Assembly (NCBI GenBank): GCA_022843855.1
Contig: JALHMV010000001.1
Coordinates: 2,780 to 66,779, forward strand
Length of the DNA stretch: 64,000 nt
Direction: 5' to 3'
Source: Patescibacteria group bacterium
GTDB taxonomy: Bacteria > Patescibacteriota > UBA1384 > 2-12-FULL-50-11
Shown here piece after piece: positions 59,417-64,000 of the stretch. How positions within the stretch are numbered: the stretch's first letter is position 1; each line of letters begins with the position of its first letter. A program made the translations under genes and the position numbers. Under the pieces are notes generated by a model. It had not been told where the DNA came from, ran no database searches, and saw only the letters and a list, made by a program, of their open reading frames with translations.

Positions 59417-60942
59417 AAAAATCGTTTCGTGTCCGGCTTTGGGAGATCATTCCGGGCGCCTTGACTTGGTCAACGATCATTCTCTTGCTTATCTTTTCGT
59501 TTCGAGCGCCGTACGTTGTGGCAACGATTGTGATGATCTATTCGATCTACTGGTTGATCAGGATCTTCATCATGACCAGCTTCCTCATCCGCGGCTACCT
59601 ACGGTATCGCAAAGAGATAGCGATCGACTGGCAGGCGCGGATGGAGCACGATTTTCCCGAGGCTTGGCGGGATCTGTATCACCTCTCGATTATCCCCTCG
59701 TACAAAGAAGATATCTCGATTCTGCGCCACACGCTCGATTCGATTCGTACAAGCAAGTACCCGCACGATCGAATGTTTGTGGTGGTGGCGTTCGAGGAGC
59801 GAGATAAGGAATTGGCGCCGCAGTACGCCCCGATCCTCATGAAAGAGTACGAGCACCAATTTGCTAAGTTTATGGTGACGTTTCATCCAGCTGATATACC
59901 GGGAGAGGTTCGCGGTAAGGGCCCCAACATCACCTGGGCGGCTCGGCGATTTCAGGAATGGTTGGATCAAAAGAAGATCAACTATAAAAATGTCATTACA
60001 ACGACCCTCGATGCTGATAACCGGGTCGATCCGCAATACTTTGCCAACGTGTCCTGGGCATTTCTAAACGATCCGGACCCTCATCATAAAAGTTTCCAGC
60101 CGTTGCCGATGTTTTTCAATAATATCTGGCAGGTGCCGTTGCCGGTTAAGATTACCGCGCTCAGCTCAACCTTCTGGCAGATGATTCAGGCGCTACGGCC
60201 GCACCATGCGCGTAATTTCTCGGCTCACGCCCAAAGTTTTTATGCGCTTGTTGAGACGGATTTTTGGTCGGTGACGACCGTGGTTGAGGACGGTCACCAG
60301 TTTTGGCGCTCGTACTTTCGGTTTGACGGGAACCACCAAGTTGTGCCGATCTTTGTGCCGGTGTATCAAGATGCGGTTCAGGGCGAGAGTATGTACGACA
60401 CGTTTCGGGAGCAGTACCTCCAGCGGCGGCGTTGGTATTGGGGCGCGTCCGATATTCCGATTGTGTTTGATCACTCGTATCAAAACAATAGAATTCCGTT
60501 TTTCCACAAGTGGTTGCAGTTTTTCCGACTGGCGGAGGCGCATTATAGCTTGGCGACTCAGTCGTTTATTTTACTCATCGGTTGGCTGCCGTTCTTCGTC
60601 GTCAGCGAGTTTCGCGATACGGTGATTGGTTACAACTTTCCAGCTGTCTACCGGATTGTTCTGAGCGCCGCCTGGATCGGTATGATCGCCAATATGACGA
60701 TTGCCTCGATTTTGGTGCCGCAGCGCCCCGGCAAGAAGTCAACCCATTGGCTGTTTGTGGCGCGTGAGTGGTTGTTCGCGCCGTTTGTGATGCCGATCTC
60801 TGGGATATTTTTCTCAGCGATTCCGGCGATCGATTCGCAAACGCGGATGCTTTTCAATAGACCGTTCACCGTCTTTAACGTCACGAAAAAAGCCGCCATA
60901 CCCAGTGGCATTCTCATTAAGCATTCACCCACTCAACAGTGA
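59413..60942 (+). CDS. Membrane GT2 glycosyltransferase (processive-type)
   Basis: IPSYKE, DAD, VED, QRRRW, flanking TM helices. Confidence 0.88.
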   Translation: MKKSFRVRLWEIIPGALTWSTIILLLIFSFRAPYVVATIVMIYSIYWLIRIFIMTSFLIRGYLRYRKEIAIDWQARMEHDFPEAWRDLYHLSIIPSYKEDISILRHTLDSIRTSKYPHDRMFVVVAFEERDKELAPQYAPILMKEYEHQFAKFMVTFHPADIPGEVRGKGPNITWAARRFQEWLDQKKINYKNVITTTLDADNRVDPQYFANVSWAFLNDPDPHHKSFQPLPMFFNNIWQVPLPVKITALSSTFWQMIQALRPHHARNFSAHAQSFYALVETDFWSVTTVVEDGHQFWRSYFRFDGNHQVVPIFVPVYQDAVQGESMYDTFREQYLQRRRWYWGASDIPIVFDHSYQNNRIPFFHKWLQFFRLAEAHYSLATQSFILLIGWLPFFVVSEFRDTVIGYNFPAVYRIVLSAAWIGMIANMTIASILVPQRPGKKSTHWLFVAREWLFAPFVMPISGIFFSAIPAIDSQTRMLFNRPFTVFNVTKKAAIPSGILIKHSPTQQ

Positions 60943-60949
60943 GCGCGAA

Positions 60950-61696
60950 TTAGCGGTCTTTATTGCTGAGGAGGTAGTTGATGTGGCAGCCGGGGGCGGT
61001 CGGGTCACCGGTCATAGCCCGTGAACAGTAGAAGTAGACGTACCGGGTGTAGGGATCTCCACCCCGAGAACCCGATTCGCCTGCAGTGGGCAGGTTGATA
61101 AGTGCTCGCGAAGTATTATAGTCTTGCAGGGCCGTTCTAATTGTACTGAGGTTCGGACTGACGTTATTGCGTCGCTCCATCTTTGCCATCAAGTAGTAAC
61201 CGTTGAGCGGTTGAGTGCGCGAATCAAGTCTTGCAGTCATGAGCGGGACATAGTGGTACTGATAGGCGCCGGGCGGACGCGGTCCTTCTAATTGGCAGAC
61301 GCTCTGCCCTCCGCTCAATCTCGATTTGTTTTGCGGATCTTCGGGAACCGAGGTCATGTAATTTGGTGCTAGATAGGTACCATCAGTGTCAAACGGATCC
61401 TGACATCTCCCTTCCTTAAGGTTCTTGGGGAATTGTTCGAGTTGAAATTTGGCGACATGGGGAATACTGTCGGTATGGTCAATGAGATTGTATTTATAGT
61501 TCGGGTACGTCCGCTTATCAAGGTAGTACTGTTCGAGTGAGTTTTGGATTGATTTGAGGTCGGTCAGACGTTGCGAATCGCGCGAGCGTTTGAGCGAGCT
61601 GTTGTAGGTGTACGTTGTCAGCGTCGTCAGAATGCCGATAATAGCGATAACGGTTAGAACCTCAACTAAAGTGAAACCGCGCTGTCCGCTCCTCAT
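60950..61696 (-). CDS. Type IV pilin / pseudopilin
   Basis: RGFTLVEVLTVIAIIGIL prepilin cleavage motif; RDSQRLTDL; PEDP. Confidence 0.9.
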   Translation of the reverse strand: MRSGQRGFTLVEVLTVIAIIGILTTLTTYTYNSSLKRSRDSQRLTDLKSIQNSLEQYYLDKRTYPNYKYNLIDHTDSIPHVAKFQLEQFPKNLKEGRCQDPFDTDGTYLAPNYMTSVPEDPQNKSRLSGGQSVCQLEGPRPPGAYQYHYVPLMTARLDSRTQPLNGYYLMAKMERRNNVSPNLSTIRTALQDYNTSRALINLPTAGESGSRGGDPYTRYVYFYCSRAMTGDPTAPGCHINYLLSNKDR

Positions 61697-61753
61697 AGAG
61701 CTAGTGTGCCGTATTTGCCGCACATTTCAAAGAGCCTTGCTATGATGGGGGTA

Positions 61754-62236
61754 ATGAGCGAACTTATTTGGCTAATCGTCGCCGTTGTCTTGATGATCCC
61801 CGGTTTTGTTGGACTCTTTATCCCAATCTTTCCCGGTATCCCGTTCATGTTCTTAGTGGCGCTGACTTTTGCGGCCGTGACGGGCTTTGACCGGCTTGTC
61901 GGTAACGAGCTGTCAATTCTAGCAATTATCGCGCTTGCCTCAATCGCCGTTGATTATCTCAGTGGGGTGCTCGGCGCAAAATTTTCGGGCGCATCGGGTC
62001 GGGCGCTAGGGGCTGGCTTTTTAGGAATGCTTGTTGGGTTGGTGATTCTGCCGCCGTTTGGCGGACTGATCGGCTTGTTTGTTGGTGTGCTAGCGGTTGA
62101 GCTCCGGTCGCGAACCGAAAAAGAAGCGCTCCGGGCAGCCACCGGCAGCCTGCTTGGCGCGCTCTCAGGCATTCTCGTCAACTGCCTCCTCGCGATCCTT
62201 TTTATCGTTCTCTTTATTGTGTTCGCCTTACGATAA
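61754..62236 (+). CDS. DUF456-like membrane protein
   Basis: PIFPG, DYLSGVLGAKFSGAS, PFGGLIG. Confidence 0.8.
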   Translation: MSELIWLIVAVVLMIPGFVGLFIPIFPGIPFMFLVALTFAAVTGFDRLVGNELSILAIIALASIAVDYLSGVLGAKFSGASGRALGAGFLGMLVGLVILPPFGGLIGLFVGVLAVELRSRTEKEALRAATGSLLGALSGILVNCLLAILFIVLFIVFALR

Positions 62237-62278
62237 GGCTTGCTTGACAGGGTTAAGCGGCTAACGGATTATGTCTTT

Positions 62279-63058
62279 ATGAGACGGAAATCGATGCGGT
62301 TGTCGTTAACGACTCGAAATTTTGTTATATCCGCCATTTTCTTTATCGCTAGTGCCGTTATTGTAACGCAGTCTTCGGGTATTCCGCCGCAAAATGCCCG
62401 TGCTCAATCCGGTGATTACGTCGCTAATTGGCAGGCAACCCACCTAATCGTTGCTCGGTTAATGCAGTCAGATTTGAGTAATCAACAGAATTGCGAGAAT
62501 CCCAACAGCGTCATCGTTCCCTTCGGTGATCCAGTGAGTTCTGAAGTTGCGATCGGTCCGGCTCGCTGGGAAGTAAAGGGTTCCGTTGATGCCACCACAA
62601 AGTTTAAAGAGACTTGGAGTACATCAACTCTCCCAAACGCTTTTACGTTTGCCAGCGGCCGGTGGGAGCGTTATTTCAACGGTCCTTGGTTTTGCAACCA
62701 GCCCGGGCTCCGTTTGACAGGCAACTTTCCCGCCGGGGATTGGGTAAGCGGCTACGCTCATAACTCTGACCTATTCGCGTATGGATACACGGCAGTCCAG
62801 TTCCGTAGCATTCCCGTGGCGCAGTTAACAACAAGTATCAGCAATGTTGATCCCGGCCGTGTATCTAATATCGGTCGGGGTACCTCGTGTCAGAAAACTA
62901 ACCGCTGCCTCTATACGACTGGTCCGTACGCGTGGGAGACGTTTCACGAGTGGGACGAGGCTGGTAACGGCAAGCACTATAACGCCGGAATGTTAATGCC
63001 GGTTCGGTGGAACGTTACCGGTCTTATCTGTAACGTCGGAGATACAAGGTGTGACTAA
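62279..63058 (+). CDS. Exported Cys-containing hypothetical protein (paralog 1)
   Basis: Signal-like N-terminus ending ARAQ; 6 Cys; Trp-rich. Confidence 0.7.
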   Translation: MRRKSMRLSLTTRNFVISAIFFIASAVIVTQSSGIPPQNARAQSGDYVANWQATHLIVARLMQSDLSNQQNCENPNSVIVPFGDPVSSEVAIGPARWEVKGSVDATTKFKETWSTSTLPNAFTFASGRWERYFNGPWFCNQPGLRLTGNFPAGDWVSGYAHNSDLFAYGYTAVQFRSIPVAQLTTSISNVDPGRVSNIGRGTSCQKTNRCLYTTGPYAWETFHEWDEAGNGKHYNAGMLMPVRWNVTGLICNVGDTRCD

Positions 63059-63338
63059 CCGATTGAGTGCCCAGACTATATCGACAGCAATTCTAACGAT
63101 CAGCGGCCTATTTTTCTTGGCTGTGTGTGTTGATCGATTAAGCACTGGCGATAGTGGGACAGCCCAACCTCGGTCTGGTTCTATCGTCGAGCGTCAGGCC
63201 GGTATCGAGCGTGCTCGTCAAGCCAACGGTGAGTACTCATTTACCACTAGTTTCATCCCCGGTATTGATCAGGCCGCTTCCCCCGACCGATTAAAGCAAG
63301 ACTTCATTAAAAACAATCCAGGAGCAGTTACCGACTAA
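63051..63338 (+). CDS. Small membrane-anchored hypothetical protein
   Basis: GTG start overlapping the upstream stop; N-terminal TM. Confidence 0.55.
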   Translation: MTNRLSAQTISTAILTISGLFFLAVCVDRLSTGDSGTAQPRSGSIVERQAGIERARQANGEYSFTTSFIPGIDQAASPDRLKQDFIKNNPGAVTD

Positions 63339-63393
63339 TTTTCCCTCTTTCCTGCAACATAAAGAGTCTGGTCAAGGGTTTGGATATTTAGTG

Positions 63394-63467
63394 CGGTCCC
63401 AACGGGAGTCGAACCCGTGATTTCCTGGATGAAAACCAGGCGTCCTAGGCCACTAGACGATGGGACC
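63394..63467 (-). tRNA. tRNA-Glu(TTC)
   Basis: Reverse complement GGTCCCATCGTCTAGTGGCCTAGGACGCCTGGTTTTCATCCAGGAAATCACGGGTTCGACTCCCGTTGGGACCG; anticodon TTC. Confidence 0.95.
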
Positions 63468-63641
63468 TCGTGCTTCGAGTCTAGCCTCCGAGGCTAGACA
63501 GTGTCCAGCATCAATGAGGGCAGGAGTATAGCTGCAATAAAACCTCTGCAACGGATTAATTCTAGCGACAATCAGTTGGGTAATCAATGCTGCTTATCAC
63601 GGTTGACAGCGCTTAAAAACTCCGTGAAAGTGAGGGAGAGC

Positions 63642-64000
63642 ATGAATAAGTTTCGATTGTTGATTGGGGTGTCTGTCGTATCGCTGACGTTTGTTTTTGT
63701 TACCGGCCCGACGCCCGCTTCGGCGCAAAGCGCTGATTACACTACATCTTGGGAGGCTACTGACTTAATCGTTGCCAGACTCAAGCTTCCTACTCAGAAC
63801 AACCAGGCTTCCTGCCTCAACGCCATCCTTGGTAACTACGGAACGCCAGCGAACTCTGAAGTCGCGATCGGAGTTGCTAGGTGGACAGTCAGGGGACAGA
63901 TGAGCGGCTCGACCAGATATAAAGAGCTTTGGTCAACCTCGACCGTTCCACAAGCTTTTACATACGGTGGGACGTGGAACGGGAGTTGTCAGAATTTCTT
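63642..64000 (+). CDS. Exported hypothetical protein (paralog 2 of 62279..63058), runs off the window
   Basis: MNKFRLLIG...SAQSADYTTSWEATDLIVARL...SEVAIGVARWTVRG...KELWSTSTVPQAFT; not in the ORF track. Confidence 0.8.
   Translation, partial: MNKFRLLIGVSVVSLTFVFVTGPTPASAQSADYTTSWEATDLIVARLKLPTQNNQASCLNAILGNYGTPANSEVAIGVARWTVRGQMSGSTRYKELWSTSTVPQAFTYGGTWNGSCQNF

Overview
Gene-dense bacterial chromosome segment, almost all housekeeping and envelope genes. Several traits suggest Patescibacteria (CPR), by inference only: shortened MiaA, AlaS and DnaJ, split ComEC, an FtsA-like gene paired with a baseplate-J-like gene, type IV pilin-like genes and few Shine-Dalgarno sites. Contents: miaA, an ABC/TPR operon, yvcK, trxB, dnaJ/dnaK/grpE interrupted by a 2.8 kb mosaic of accessory genes, comEC/comEA, yebC-ruvC, a GT4/GalT/GH94 sugar cluster, recG, alaS, ftsA-like to mltG, two C39-like peptidases, mreBCD-mrdA, a PucR/CdaR regulator, a two-component pair, greA-serS-secA, ftsEX-CHAP, GH130/GT2, a pilin, and tRNA-Lys(TTT), tRNA-Leu(TAG) and tRNA-Glu(TTC). 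I found no CRISPR array, integrase or transposase. The most unusual signals are: (1) a shared element downstream of two tRNAs (hairpin, then a second tRNA 3' end carrying a related hairpin insert); (2) a sense/antisense copy of the tRNA-Leu 5' end in its own leader; (3) two glycoside phosphorylases lacking catalytic motifs; (4) a non-CIRCE palindrome upstream of dnaK and dnaJ; (5) a recurring -10 box 8-10 nt before the ATG, suggesting near-leaderless mRNAs. All calls are from manual motif reading; no searches were run.
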